From contig JBEPZY010000004.1 of the NCBI GenBank assembly GCA_041640595.1, positions 162,373 through 226,372 of the forward strand: a DNA stretch of 64,000 nt. Reading direction: 5' to 3'. This document shows positions 44,611 to 54,021 of the stretch, piece by piece (the first letter of the stretch is position 1; each line of letters begins with the position of its first letter). Source of the stretch: Gemmatales bacterium. Its GTDB lineage: Bacteria > Planctomycetota > Planctomycetia > Gemmatales > HRBIN36. The notes beneath the pieces were generated by a model. The model did not search any database. It saw only the letters and a program-made list of their open reading frames with translations, and was not told where the DNA came from. The translations under genes and the position numbers were made by a program.

Positions 44611-46171
44611 TTAGCCTACCTGCACGAAGACGATCTCTAAAATGGTCGGGTCATTTTTCTTAGCCCGCAATCCCGCTGGGAAAACGTATACGAAACCATC
44701 CAGAGCAGCGTTCTCCCACTCATTTTTCCGTGCTGTATGGTCCTCCGCCATAAGAAGGATCATAATAGGCATCTGCAACCCGCACGACGAAATGATTTGC
44801 AAAAGCGGAAGGTGGATCGGGATTGCCTTGTCCCGGTACCCCCGCTTTTGGCTTAACTTCGGAGACCGTCGGGTCATCCAAATCTATTATATATGTGTAG
44901 GGACTAGTCGCTGGAGAACCGCCTGCGCCGTTGAATTCCCAGTTCTTGACCAGCATACCTGTTCGCCACGGTAGGGCATATAGTCCGGTGACTGGGTCTA
45001 TGGGTTGGTCAGCACTAAATACCATGAATTTTCTAGCCCCCTGAACGCTTATGGCCCCGTAAGTATCTATCAGCAACTCGGCCCAGGAGCCGCACTGGCC
45101 GTTTGCGTGGGCTAAAAGTTGCTGTGTGTTGACCGCAGTGGCCCTGCCGCCAGCCCAGTACCTCAATTGAGTGTCATCCACACGACGGACTTCCCGATCA
45201 GTGAAATCACTCCAAATTGCTGAGATAACATCTGATTCGTTTGTTTTGCCGTCAGCGTTCTTCGAGCCCAGATGCACCAGGGTATGGTATAAGTTTACCC
45301 CTGGTTTGAGGGCAGGGTCGGCAAAAGTAAGGTACAAAGGATTTGGCGTCGACCCCGCCTTCGTCCAGGTTGAGTTGGCGCGCTGGCTGTCGGAGGTGGC
45401 TTGCCAGTCCAGCCTGAAGAGATTTGCACCAACGTAAGCTTGCACCACATTCGGAAATGCCACCGGCGACTCCGTTACGTCAAGCACGAGTTCAGTCGGG
45501 TTCGTCGGGTCGACGCGCACAGCCTTCGGCCCTACGTGAATCTGGAATCCCGTCGCAGGGTCCGCCGGCCCCGTCGCCATCACATAAATCGGGCCGCCAC
45601 CCCACGCAGTATCTAAGACGAACCGGGCACTCACTTTCAACGTTGTACCCCGGGTGTAAGCGTATGGCCAGCTATGCTCATCCGCATCCTCCGCATCCCC
45701 GTCTAAGTTTTTGTCCAACCAGTGTTCCGAACTATAGGCCACGTCGGGAGCTATTACTCCAGTCGGGTCCAGCTCCGGGTCCCGGTACACGGTATGCCCG
45801 CCGCTGAACGTTACCGACCGGATACCAAGGATTTTAGCCGTGTGAACAACGACCGTTTGCGTCGCCTCGGCAACCCCATCACTAACGGTGTACGTGAACG
45901 AGTCGTCCCCAGTGTGTGGAGCATCTGGCCGCTCGACTGCATAATAAACAAAATCACCGTTGGGATTCATCACCAGCTGAGCACCGGATGGTAGTCGCAT
46001 CAACTGCCGCGGTGGCTGATCGTTAATCTTGACCACGCGTAAGCTATCGCCATCGGCGTCAGTATCGTTCGCCAGGACGTTTCCCCGAACGGCACTCCCC
46101 GCCAGGACGTAATACTCGTCATTTACAGCCTCCGGAGCAGTGTTATGAACAGCAATCCAAGCCACAGCCAT
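44611..46171 (-). pseudogene. Ig-like repeat + transglutaminase-like (Cys-His-Asp) putative toxin; 5'-interrupted, probable frameshift near 44725
   Basis: GNVLANDTDADGD..DSFTYTVSDG; GQCGSWA, NHFVV, YYDPSYG; EWENAALDGF tail lies in another frame. Confidence 0.7.
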
Positions 46172-46317
46172 TTGTCGGAACTAGAGAATTCATTTGCCAA
46201 CCAGAGAGGAGCAGTGTTATGAACAGTGTCCAAGCCATAGCCACTGGGATTGTTAACAGTGAGTTTATTATACTGGTAGTGGAGCAGTGTTATGAACGGT
46301 GATCCAAGCCATAGCCA
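46134..46317. repeat. CRISPR-like mini-array made of duplicated coding sequence: 3 x 36-37-bp repeats, 2 x 37-bp spacers
   Basis: ggagcagtgttatgaac...tccaagcca(c/t)agcca at 46134, 46208 and 46281; encodes AMAWITVHNTAP on the minus strand. Confidence 0.9.
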
Positions 46318-46785
46318 GGCCTAAAGCTATACCATCCGTAAACCCAAATACAAAAGCATCGGTGCCAGTATAACCAGCCGCCGGTGTATATCTAAACCTG
46401 CCATCATCATTCAATACCACCGTGCCATTCGTCGGAGCGGAGATTAGTTGCGCCGAGAAAACGCTGGGGCTTGAAAGCATTGGCACGGTGATAGCGTCGC
46501 CGTCCGGATCGTAGCCGCAGAGCTGGCCGACCAACTCGCGGTCGTGCAATACACTGAAACTCTGCATGGCGCCCAGCTGGGCAGACCTCCACCTATAGTA
46601 GCCGGTCGGTTTGTGATCATCCAATACGCTGAAGCTGGCATCGTAGGCATACGGCGCGTTGTTATAAACATCTATCACGACAGTGGCCGTGTTGCCGGTG
46701 GTCAGCCCATCCGACCAGGTGTAGGTGAAACTATCCGTACCGACGTAGTGCGTGTTCGGTGTATACGTGAAGCTGCCGTCGGGAA
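46268..46785 (-). pseudogene. Ig-like (Big_9) 5' arm of the transglutaminase cassette, carrying insertions
   Basis: PDGSFTYTPNTHYVGTDSFTYTWSDG..IDVYNNAPYAYDASFSVL[75-bp insert]HDRELVGQL..DAIT[33-bp insert]AQL. Confidence 0.75.
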
Positions 46786-46832
46786 GGGCACTTGGCTGTG
46801 AGCAAACAGCAGCTGCCCATCTTACGGGCAGC

Positions 46833-47828
46833 CTACGGAGTTTTCGGAGCTAAGTCGCCACTCGGTTTCAGAAGGTTTTCTACCAAAGGTTTGATCGCTG
46901 GATGGTTTTCTTTCTCCATTAGCTTCAGGAGTTCTGGAGTCATGTATAACTTCGGATGCTTTCGCACCTGTTCTACCAAATATCGCCTCACATACCACTG
47001 CGGACACGAATCCCATAGTCGTTGAAGGTCTTGCGCAACTCTCTTTTTGAGCACCTCAACATCTTTCTGCAAAGCTAAGCATCGATCCTCTGGCAGGTAC
47101 TTTCGCAACTCGGCCTCACTTCTCACCCAGGTCTGCTTAAGCTCTAAATTACGGACCTCGGAAGACACATACCCAAACAGCACCCTATGTCCTGGCGGTA
47201 CTTCTTCGTCTAGCCAAGAACTATAAACTTCGAAGAATAGTTGGACGGCCTGTACGGGCTTTTCCTCGAAAAGTCGGTCCAGGAATTCTTTCGGAGGCAA
47301 TTTTCCCTGACGCAAGTATGAGGCCAGCCATGTTTCTATCCCAGCAGGTCTAGATGGATATGGTCCAAAAGACTTATCAGGCAGGAATTCAAGTACATAT
47401 TCTAATGCGGACCTGCGGAGCTTGTCATCGTCGGAAGATTCTATCAGAGGCAATAATGCTCCTGTAAACCGGTCTCCCGCAACTTGGGTGACAATTGTGA
47501 TTAGCTTGTAAATTGCCATAAACTCGGGATGCGGCTGGTCGTCGGACGTCTGCTCGCCCAAGAACAGCAACTCTTTTAACAGTTCTTTAGCTGCTGCTGT
47601 CTGAGCAGCATCCGGCACAGGTTTCTGGAACAGCAGCAGCGCCTCATGGGCAACTAACCAGTGTTCCTTATCCGTTTTTGCCCTTTTTGCTTGGTGGATG
47701 ATCTGCCGCATCTTTTCGGCCGCTTGATGCTCTGCATTAGCCTCCTGAGCATCTGCGTTTAGTGTCACCAGCACTTGCAGCAGCACGAGCACTCGTGCGA
47801 AATTATTGACGACTCTGAGCATAGCCAA
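46833..47828 (-). CDS. Exported helical immunity-like protein, paralog 3
   Basis: Signal peptide; conserved C-terminus WYVRRYL..TPELLKLMEKENHPAIKPLVE. Confidence 0.8.
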   Translation of the reverse strand: MAMLRVVNNFARVLVLLQVLVTLNADAQEANAEHQAAEKMRQIIHQAKRAKTDKEHWLVAHEALLLFQKPVPDAAQTAAAKELLKELLFLGEQTSDDQPHPEFMAIYKLITIVTQVAGDRFTGALLPLIESSDDDKLRRSALEYVLEFLPDKSFGPYPSRPAGIETWLASYLRQGKLPPKEFLDRLFEEKPVQAVQLFFEVYSSWLDEEVPPGHRVLFGYVSSEVRNLELKQTWVRSEAELRKYLPEDRCLALQKDVEVLKKRVAQDLQRLWDSCPQWYVRRYLVEQVRKHPKLYMTPELLKLMEKENHPAIKPLVENLLKPSGDLAPKTP

Positions 47829-47834
47829 TGCCTC

Positions 47835-48260
47835 CTACTTCCATGACCGAGCTTCCAGACGGGTGCGGATTCCCCTCCAAACCAGAATTTGGTTATCAAT
47901 ATTGTAATGGTCTATATCTGCGCTAACCAAGGTCATATCAATGTTCACTGTAGGACGGCCTCCAGGATCCAAGTCGGTAGCAAAGCCAACGGGGCCACCG
48001 TTTCTTTGGTAGTAGTTAACGTGGTATTCTGAAGGAGGACGCCTCCTTTCGGGGAAAGGTAAACGGCGATTGGACCAGGTCACAGCGTCAATGTAGGCTG
48101 TGAAATCGATAACAAAGGGCCCCTCTAGCTTTTGCTCGTCGCGCAATTTCTTGAGCTGTGTGGTAAACTCATAGGTCATGGCTCCGCCGGAACTATAGCC
48201 CATGGCAGCTATATACTTGACACCCCGCGAGCCAACTATGGCACCTTTGAGGTTTACCAT
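47835..48260 (-). CDS. Orphan alpha/beta-hydrolase toxin tip 2
   Basis: AMGYSSGG nucleophile elbow, AYIDA, NYYQ, DHYNID. Confidence 0.75.
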   Translation of the reverse strand: MVNLKGAIVGSRGVKYIAAMGYSSGGAMTYEFTTQLKKLRDEQKLEGPFVIDFTAYIDAVTWSNRRLPFPERRRPPSEYHVNYYQRNGGPVGFATDLDPGGRPTVNIDMTLVSADIDHYNIDNQILVWRGIRTRLEARSWK

Positions 48261-48475
48261 GTGTTAGCGCAGCATTAGGTAGTCGCAACAGCTGTCGAGC
48301 TCTCACACTCTAACCTGACGGGAAAAAGCGGGCATAAACTTCCTCGAGCTCTTCCACGAGCGGCTTGATCGCCGGATGCTTTTCCTGACGCATCAACTTC
48401 ATTAACTCGGGAGTCAGAAAAATGTTCGGATACTTCCGCACATAATGAACCAGATACCGTCGCACATACCATTCC
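48163..48475. repeat. About 310-bp direct repeat (second copy 49610-49922)
   Basis: Spans immunity 3' end, intergenic DNA and hydrolase-tip 5' end; offset 1447 bp. Confidence 0.9.
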
Positions 48476-49263
48476 GAGCAAGCTTCCCAGCTGTCTGTCA
48501 GCATTCGTCGTACACGTAGTTTCTCTGATTCGAAAAGCCTCCGAAGCTCCTTCGCCACTGCCTCTGTCTTATATTCAGAATCATGGACGTACCAAAACAA
48601 TTCGACCGCGTTCCTGACTGAATACGTAGCAAGACTCAGATAGTCCTTACTCTTCTCAGACAGTTGAGTACCACAGTACCGTTCGTTTATTTGCCACAAT
48701 TTGCGCAAAGCCATTTCCGGATCCTTTTCGAACATTTTATCTAACAAGCCTTTTGGCGGCAGCTCTCCTTTCTTCAAGTATTGACCAATCCACGAATCTA
48801 TCCGATGATCCTCACCGGAAGCGTAGTAGTCTATTATATGACTCCTGGCGGATTCCACCACCTTATCGCTGCGGGGCCCCTCTAACATTGGTAAAAGCGA
48901 GACAACAAAATTCCTTCGCGCTGGTGGAACCATCTCTATCACTGTGTGCACGGTTATTACCGCATCCAGGCGGGGGTCGGGCTTGTCATCGGTCGTTTTT
49001 TCCATAGCATCCACTAACTCTTCTATAAGTGCACTTGCTGCTGGAACATCTGTCTTCTGCTCGAACATCGAAACTGCCTGCACTATCAAAAGCCATCTTT
49101 TCTCAGGAGCCTTGGTGTTCTGCAGTTCACGAAGCAGCGCGCGAATCCTAACCGCGGAGTCCTGATCCACATTCTGCTGCTGAGCAGTGCCCTGTAGAAA
49201 GAGCGCTGTCACAATTGCCGCTGATGCTAACAAGGCAAGTTTGTATCTGATAGTCATGGTCAT
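48310..49263 (-). CDS. Exported helical immunity-like protein, paralog 2
   Basis: Signal peptide; YLKKGELPP, WYVRRYL, TPELMKLMRQEKHPAIKPLVEELEE. Confidence 0.8.
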   Translation of the reverse strand: MTMTIRYKLALLASAAIVTALFLQGTAQQQNVDQDSAVRIRALLRELQNTKAPEKRWLLIVQAVSMFEQKTDVPAASALIEELVDAMEKTTDDKPDPRLDAVITVHTVIEMVPPARRNFVVSLLPMLEGPRSDKVVESARSHIIDYYASGEDHRIDSWIGQYLKKGELPPKGLLDKMFEKDPEMALRKLWQINERYCGTQLSEKSKDYLSLATYSVRNAVELFWYVHDSEYKTEAVAKELRRLFESEKLRVRRMLTDSWEACSEWYVRRYLVHYVRKYPNIFLTPELMKLMRQEKHPAIKPLVEELEEVYARFFPSG

Positions 49264-49269
49264 TTCTCC

Positions 49270-49707
49270 TTATTTCCAGCCCCAGCTCTCCAGCGCTTCA
49301 CGTATTCTCCTCTGCACGTCCGCTTGATTATCAATGCTGTAATGGTCTACCGGTGGGTCCAGACGAATGTTAATCGTCGTGCGAATGGGAGCCCCGACTG
49401 CTGCGGTTGCCTCTCCGTTCAGGGGTATAGAACCTGTCGAGAACCCAGTATTTTGTTGATAATGGTTTATGTGATAAGTGGTTGGTGGCCTCTTTGTTTC
49501 TGCCGAAGTCTTGCCCTCAGTGGACCACTTTATGGCGTCAATGTAGGCACTAAGGCTCAATTGTGCCCAGTTAACTTGACTTTTGCTAATGCGGTCGAAC
49601 AGTTCCGTCGTAAACTCATAGGTCATGGCGCCGCCGGAACTATAGCCCATGGCAGCTACATACTTGACACCCCGCGGCCCAATTATGGCACCTTTGAGGT
49701 TTACCAT
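49270..49707 (-). CDS. Orphan alpha/beta-hydrolase toxin tip 1
   Basis: MVNLKGAIIGPRGVKYVAAMGYSSGG, AYIDA, DHYSID. Confidence 0.75.
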   Translation of the reverse strand: MVNLKGAIIGPRGVKYVAAMGYSSGGAMTYEFTTELFDRISKSQVNWAQLSLSAYIDAIKWSTEGKTSAETKRPPTTYHINHYQQNTGFSTGSIPLNGEATAAVGAPIRTTINIRLDPPVDHYSIDNQADVQRRIREALESWGWK

Positions 49708-49756
49708 GTGTAAGCCCAGCATTAGGTAGTCGCAACAGCTGTCGAGCTCTCACACC

Positions 49757-50743
49757 CTAACCTGACGGGAAAAAGCGGGCATAAATTTCCTCGAGCTCTT
49801 CCACGAGCGGTTTAATCGCCGGATGCTTTTCCTGACGCATCAACTTCATTAACTCGGGAGTCAGAAAAATGTTCGGATATTCCCTCACATAATGCAAGAG
49901 ATGCCGGCGCTCATACCATTCCTGGAATGAGGCCCAAGCCCGCACTAGCAAGGCACGGGCCTGTTTCTTATCACTCTCGCACCACGTCTTGACCTCTGCA
50001 ATGAAAGCCCGATCCCTTATATTGCCCTCCAAGCCATCCGCTTTTATCTGACGCAGTAAGCTATCAGCTGCAATAGCCTTTCTGATAGAGTGAAAAGTTG
50101 CATCTTTCAAGAATTCTCTTGCCGGGTCGGTCGCACGATTAGGTGTGTAATGGATCTCCTTGAGCATTATCGAAGCCTCCCCGGGACTCCGCTCAAATAG
50201 TTTGTCTAAAAATCTCCCCGGCGGCAACTGGTCCTTTTTCAAATAAGTAGCTACCCAGTCTCTTATGCGGCGATCCCCGGTATCACAATAATATTCAACC
50301 ACAAGATTGACATAGTCATTCGCCGTTTGCTGATCGGAATCCATCAAGGGTAGCAGGGAAACCATGAAATTGCCGTATTCAAATGGCATGTAGTAGAAAA
50401 GATACCGGATCAAAACCAAAGGCGCAGCGCACATTTTCGAAGGGTCTGCTTCGAGGTCCTCTAACTTTGGACATGCGTTTAATAGCGCCAAAGCTGCCTG
50501 TGGGTCCGGCCCTTTGAAAATCTCTCTTAAACCTGGCATCGCTATGACCAGCTTTTCCTCAAACTTTAGGTCTTTGCCTGTGGTCTGTTCGAACCGCATG
50601 ATTAGCTGGCGGACTTTTTCGGCCGACTCATCAGCAGGTTCAGCCTTTTGAGCAAAAGTAAGCGTCGAGATGACCGCCACTATTAGCCCTCCGATCACCG
50701 CCGAAACGCACACCGTAATTACTGCGCGATCCACTACGTTCAT
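49757..50743 (-). CDS. Exported helical immunity-like protein, paralog 1
   Basis: N-terminal TM/signal; GGAGG RBS; same C-terminal block as paralogs 2 and 3. Confidence 0.8.
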   Translation of the reverse strand: MNVVDRAVITVCVSAVIGGLIVAVISTLTFAQKAEPADESAEKVRQLIMRFEQTTGKDLKFEEKLVIAMPGLREIFKGPDPQAALALLNACPKLEDLEADPSKMCAAPLVLIRYLFYYMPFEYGNFMVSLLPLMDSDQQTANDYVNLVVEYYCDTGDRRIRDWVATYLKKDQLPPGRFLDKLFERSPGEASIMLKEIHYTPNRATDPAREFLKDATFHSIRKAIAADSLLRQIKADGLEGNIRDRAFIAEVKTWCESDKKQARALLVRAWASFQEWYERRHLLHYVREYPNIFLTPELMKLMRQEKHPAIKPLVEELEEIYARFFPSG

Positions 50744-50762
50744 GGCATACCTCCCTTCCTCG

Positions 50763-53504
50763 TCATTTCCAGCCTTGCTCTGCTAAGCGCTGTCGAATAG
50801 TGTCGTGTACGGGTGGGTGGTCGTCAATGTTGTTATGAGTCACTCCGCTATCCTTTACCTCAATGTTTATGGTGCTGTTATCGTCAGGAGACAATTTATT
50901 GGTGGGAAGACCAATACTAACTCGGTCTGGACTGTTTTGCTGGTAAAGATTCACATGTATCTTGCTTGCGGGTCTTTGTCGTAGGGGAATAAATATTGGT
51001 TTCCTTAGCAGATCCATGGACCAGGCATCAACATATGCCGTGAAGCTTACCCCGATTTTGTTTTCGTCGAGCTGTTGCTCTTTAATCCACTTGGAGATAT
51101 TCGTTGTGAATTCTAATACGCTGCTCCCGCCTACACAATAACCCAGCGCCGCTAACTTTTGTACACCGCGTTTCTCGACCCCTACCTTCGCCTCAGCCGA
51201 GGCTGCTCTCTCGTCGCTATGCTTAAAGAGATATACGTCATAGCCACTTTTGTAAAGTTCATAACCAAGCTGGTACATTCCATCGCCTTTCCCGATCGGC
51301 CACGCTGGTTTGTCGTAAGCAAAACCGCCGAAAACAAATACCATGCCTTGCAAACCGAAGAATTCAATGCTATAAGTACTGACCACGTTGCCACCAACCA
51401 GGGCCTCGAAGGTCAAGACCGTCTTGTTTCCCCCAGCCGCCTGGTCAGGTGGTCGCATCCATTCCACCCATATCGTCATCTTGCCGGAATCCGCCCCTAC
51501 CGGAAAACCTACAACGTTCTCTAACAGCGCACCGGCAAACCCTCCTCCCGGAGCTACTATCGGGCCAAGCACCGCAGTAGCTGCAGGGGTTTTGTCAGGG
51601 CCGTACAGCCAGACACGTATATTATCATTATCCACCCGTAGCCGATAAGTAACCACCCCGGCAGGTGGTGGCTGGCGGTTTTGGTCGCCAAACTTGAAAT
51701 CGAGTACTACCTTAACCAGGTCATTCTCATTAGCCACGTTATTATCCCAGCGGTCATGAATACCATCGTTATCGTCATCGTCATTATTCCACCGCACCCC
51801 GACACGGACCTTGCCATCCTGCTCGGGCTGCACCTGGGTTTCCTCGAATATATTATGCTTTGGCCGGTAACCTGTCATGTACACGACTGGCCCTCCCGCA
51901 GGGGGTTCAGCCACCATCTGGTCGCGCACTAATTCGACCCTCTTTATTTCGCTGGCAGTAATGCCATCGCGCACGCGGTAGTAAAACCAATCTCGATTTT
52001 GCCCCGACGAATCAGGGTTGGGAGTATAGACAACATACCGGCCCCAGCTTTCTAGCTGCCCCTGATAAGGCCCAGCGACAATTTCCACCTGCAGCGGATC
52101 ACCGTCCGGATCGTAAGCCCCTTCGCATCCACAACCAGGGTCATCGCAAATCAACGACAGCGTAACTGGCATCTGATCGGGTACATGTATGGTCATATCG
52201 CGGGCAACCGGCGGCGTGTTAGTTATATAGATGCGAATGGTCGCCGCGAGGCTTTCCGCCACACCATCACTTACCGTGTAAGTGAACGAATCACCGCCCA
52301 CTGTTCGACTATGCGGTGTATAGACAAACTCACCATTGTTCAAAATAAGCACACGGGCTCCCGAAGGCAGACTCACCTCCTCTCCCACCTCGACAACACT
52401 GTCATTGATTCGGGCTATCCAGAAATTATCCCCGTCCGGGTCGTAAGCGGCTACTTGCTGGCGAAGTTCGCGATCATGCAGCACCGAATAATCCGCCTCC
52501 ATCGCGTATGGCCCATTATTATACACCTCAATCCTGACCGTGGCGGGCTCACTCGCCGCTATGCCATCCGACCAGGTATAGGTGAAGCTATCCGGGCCGA
52601 CATAATGCGTGTTCGGGTTGTAGGTGAAAGTGCCGTCGGGATTGAGTGTTAGTGTGCCGTTGGTTGGGCCAGAGACTAGTTGCGCGGTGATTGGGTCGCC
52701 ATCGGGATCGTAGCCGTAGAGCTCGCCGACTAACTCGCGGTCGTGCAATACGCTGAAGCTGGCGTCGTAGGCATACGGGGTGTTGTTATAAACATCTATC
52801 ACGACAGTGGCCGCGTTCCCAGAGGTTAGGCCATCCGACCAGGTGTAGGTGAAGCTATCCGGGCCAACATAGTGCGTGTTCGGCGTATAGGTGAAGGTGC
52901 CGTCAGGATGGAACGTTAGTGAACCGTTAGTGGGGCCGGAGACGAGTTGCGCGGTGATAGCGTCGCCGTCGGGATCGTAGCCGTAGAGCTGGCCGACCAA
53001 CTCGCGGTCGTGCAATACGCTGAAGCTGGCGTCGTAGGCATACGGGGCGTTGTTATACACATCTATCGTGACAGAGGCCGTGCTGCCGGTGGTCAAGCCA
53101 TCAGACCATGTATAGGTGAAACTGTCGGAACCGACGTAGTTCTCATTAGGTGTATAGGTGAAAGTGCCGTCGGGATTGAGTGTTAGTGTGCCGTTGGTGG
53201 GGCCGGAGACCAGCTGCGCTGTAATCGCATCGCCATCGGGATCGTAGCCGTACACGCAGCCGGTCAGTTCGCGGTCGTGCAGCACGCCGAAGCTATCACT
53301 GCATGCGTAATTGAGCAATGCATCATGCTTGCCCAACCTGATCTCGTCGAGTGCAAAGTCTATTTTGCGTTTGTGGGACGCTTTCAGAAACCGAAAGGTA
53401 ACCTGGCCGGGTGCTACATAGGGACGCCGTTCGTCTATACCTAGAACGAGTTGACCAAACATTACTAACCGAGATTGCATGAACAGTTTTCGCATTGCTG
53501 TCAT
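50763..53504 (-). CDS. Tandem Ig-like (Big_9/cadherin-like) repeat protein with C-terminal alpha/beta-hydrolase tip; 5' end probably not native
   Basis: Five about 88-100-aa repeats (YDPDGD..GPTNG..FTYTP..DSFTY..DG), NNDDDDNDG motif, FVFGG, LGYCVGG, AYVDA, THNNID; repeat homology starts abruptly at about 53296. Confidence 0.85.
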   Translation of the reverse strand: MTAMRKLFMQSRLVMFGQLVLGIDERRPYVAPGQVTFRFLKASHKRKIDFALDEIRLGKHDALLNYACSDSFGVLHDRELTGCVYGYDPDGDAITAQLVSGPTNGTLTLNPDGTFTYTPNENYVGSDSFTYTWSDGLTTGSTASVTIDVYNNAPYAYDASFSVLHDRELVGQLYGYDPDGDAITAQLVSGPTNGSLTFHPDGTFTYTPNTHYVGPDSFTYTWSDGLTSGNAATVVIDVYNNTPYAYDASFSVLHDRELVGELYGYDPDGDPITAQLVSGPTNGTLTLNPDGTFTYNPNTHYVGPDSFTYTWSDGIAASEPATVRIEVYNNGPYAMEADYSVLHDRELRQQVAAYDPDGDNFWIARINDSVVEVGEEVSLPSGARVLILNNGEFVYTPHSRTVGGDSFTYTVSDGVAESLAATIRIYITNTPPVARDMTIHVPDQMPVTLSLICDDPGCGCEGAYDPDGDPLQVEIVAGPYQGQLESWGRYVVYTPNPDSSGQNRDWFYYRVRDGITASEIKRVELVRDQMVAEPPAGGPVVYMTGYRPKHNIFEETQVQPEQDGKVRVGVRWNNDDDDNDGIHDRWDNNVANENDLVKVVLDFKFGDQNRQPPPAGVVTYRLRVDNDNIRVWLYGPDKTPAATAVLGPIVAPGGGFAGALLENVVGFPVGADSGKMTIWVEWMRPPDQAAGGNKTVLTFEALVGGNVVSTYSIEFFGLQGMVFVFGGFAYDKPAWPIGKGDGMYQLGYELYKSGYDVYLFKHSDERAASAEAKVGVEKRGVQKLAALGYCVGGSSVLEFTTNISKWIKEQQLDENKIGVSFTAYVDAWSMDLLRKPIFIPLRQRPASKIHVNLYQQNSPDRVSIGLPTNKLSPDDNSTINIEVKDSGVTHNNIDDHPPVHDTIRQRLAEQGWK

Positions 53505-53555
53505 ATGGGTTGGAATTCAGTTGTTAGATGTCTGCCCGTTATGTTTCGCCCCAGA

Positions 53556-53975
53556 TTATCGAGGGACCGCTTTGTAAAGGAAATATTTTTCTGCCTTGGT
53601 ACGCACGAAATAAAGATCCATTTCCTTGGTTCGAACAAGATGACAATCTGATGGCAGCTTCGTATATGCCTCGAAAGTTAGATCGTGCTTAGCCAGCAAC
53701 TCCCGTAGTTTTGCGCCGTAGCTCAGGGAAACCAGCGCGTTCTCCCGAGACCATTTCTCCTCGTCCTTGACAATTTCCATCAATTTAGAATAGCTCCTGT
53801 ATAATTCTGCAGGAAGGATATGCTCTGGTCCAACCTTCTTGACCTCGATTTGCTCCGCATGAGCCTTATGATTGGCGATGTAACAGACGGGCAAAAGTAA
53901 GGCACTACCAAGGAAGACCAGAAAGACGCCTGGCAGATTGTATGCAATGGGCAAGGGGTGAGGCTCGAATCGCAT
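53556..53975 (-). CDS. Small exported hypothetical protein (immunity candidate)
   Basis: Hydrophobic N-terminus, AHA cleavage-like site, GAGGAG RBS. Confidence 0.6.
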   Translation of the reverse strand: MRFEPHPLPIAYNLPGVFLVFLGSALLLPVCYIANHKAHAEQIEVKKVGPEHILPAELYRSYSKLMEIVKDEEKWSRENALVSLSYGAKLRELLAKHDLTFEAYTKLPSDCHLVRTKEMDLYFVRTKAEKYFLYKAVPR

Positions 53976-54021
53976 GAGTGCTTCTCCTCTGGTTTATCAC
54001 ACGAGTTGGGCCATCGTTTAC

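Noticed and set aside
46833..53504. Diversity-generating retroelement
   Set aside because: No reverse transcriptase in the window, and repeat differences are not adenine-specific.
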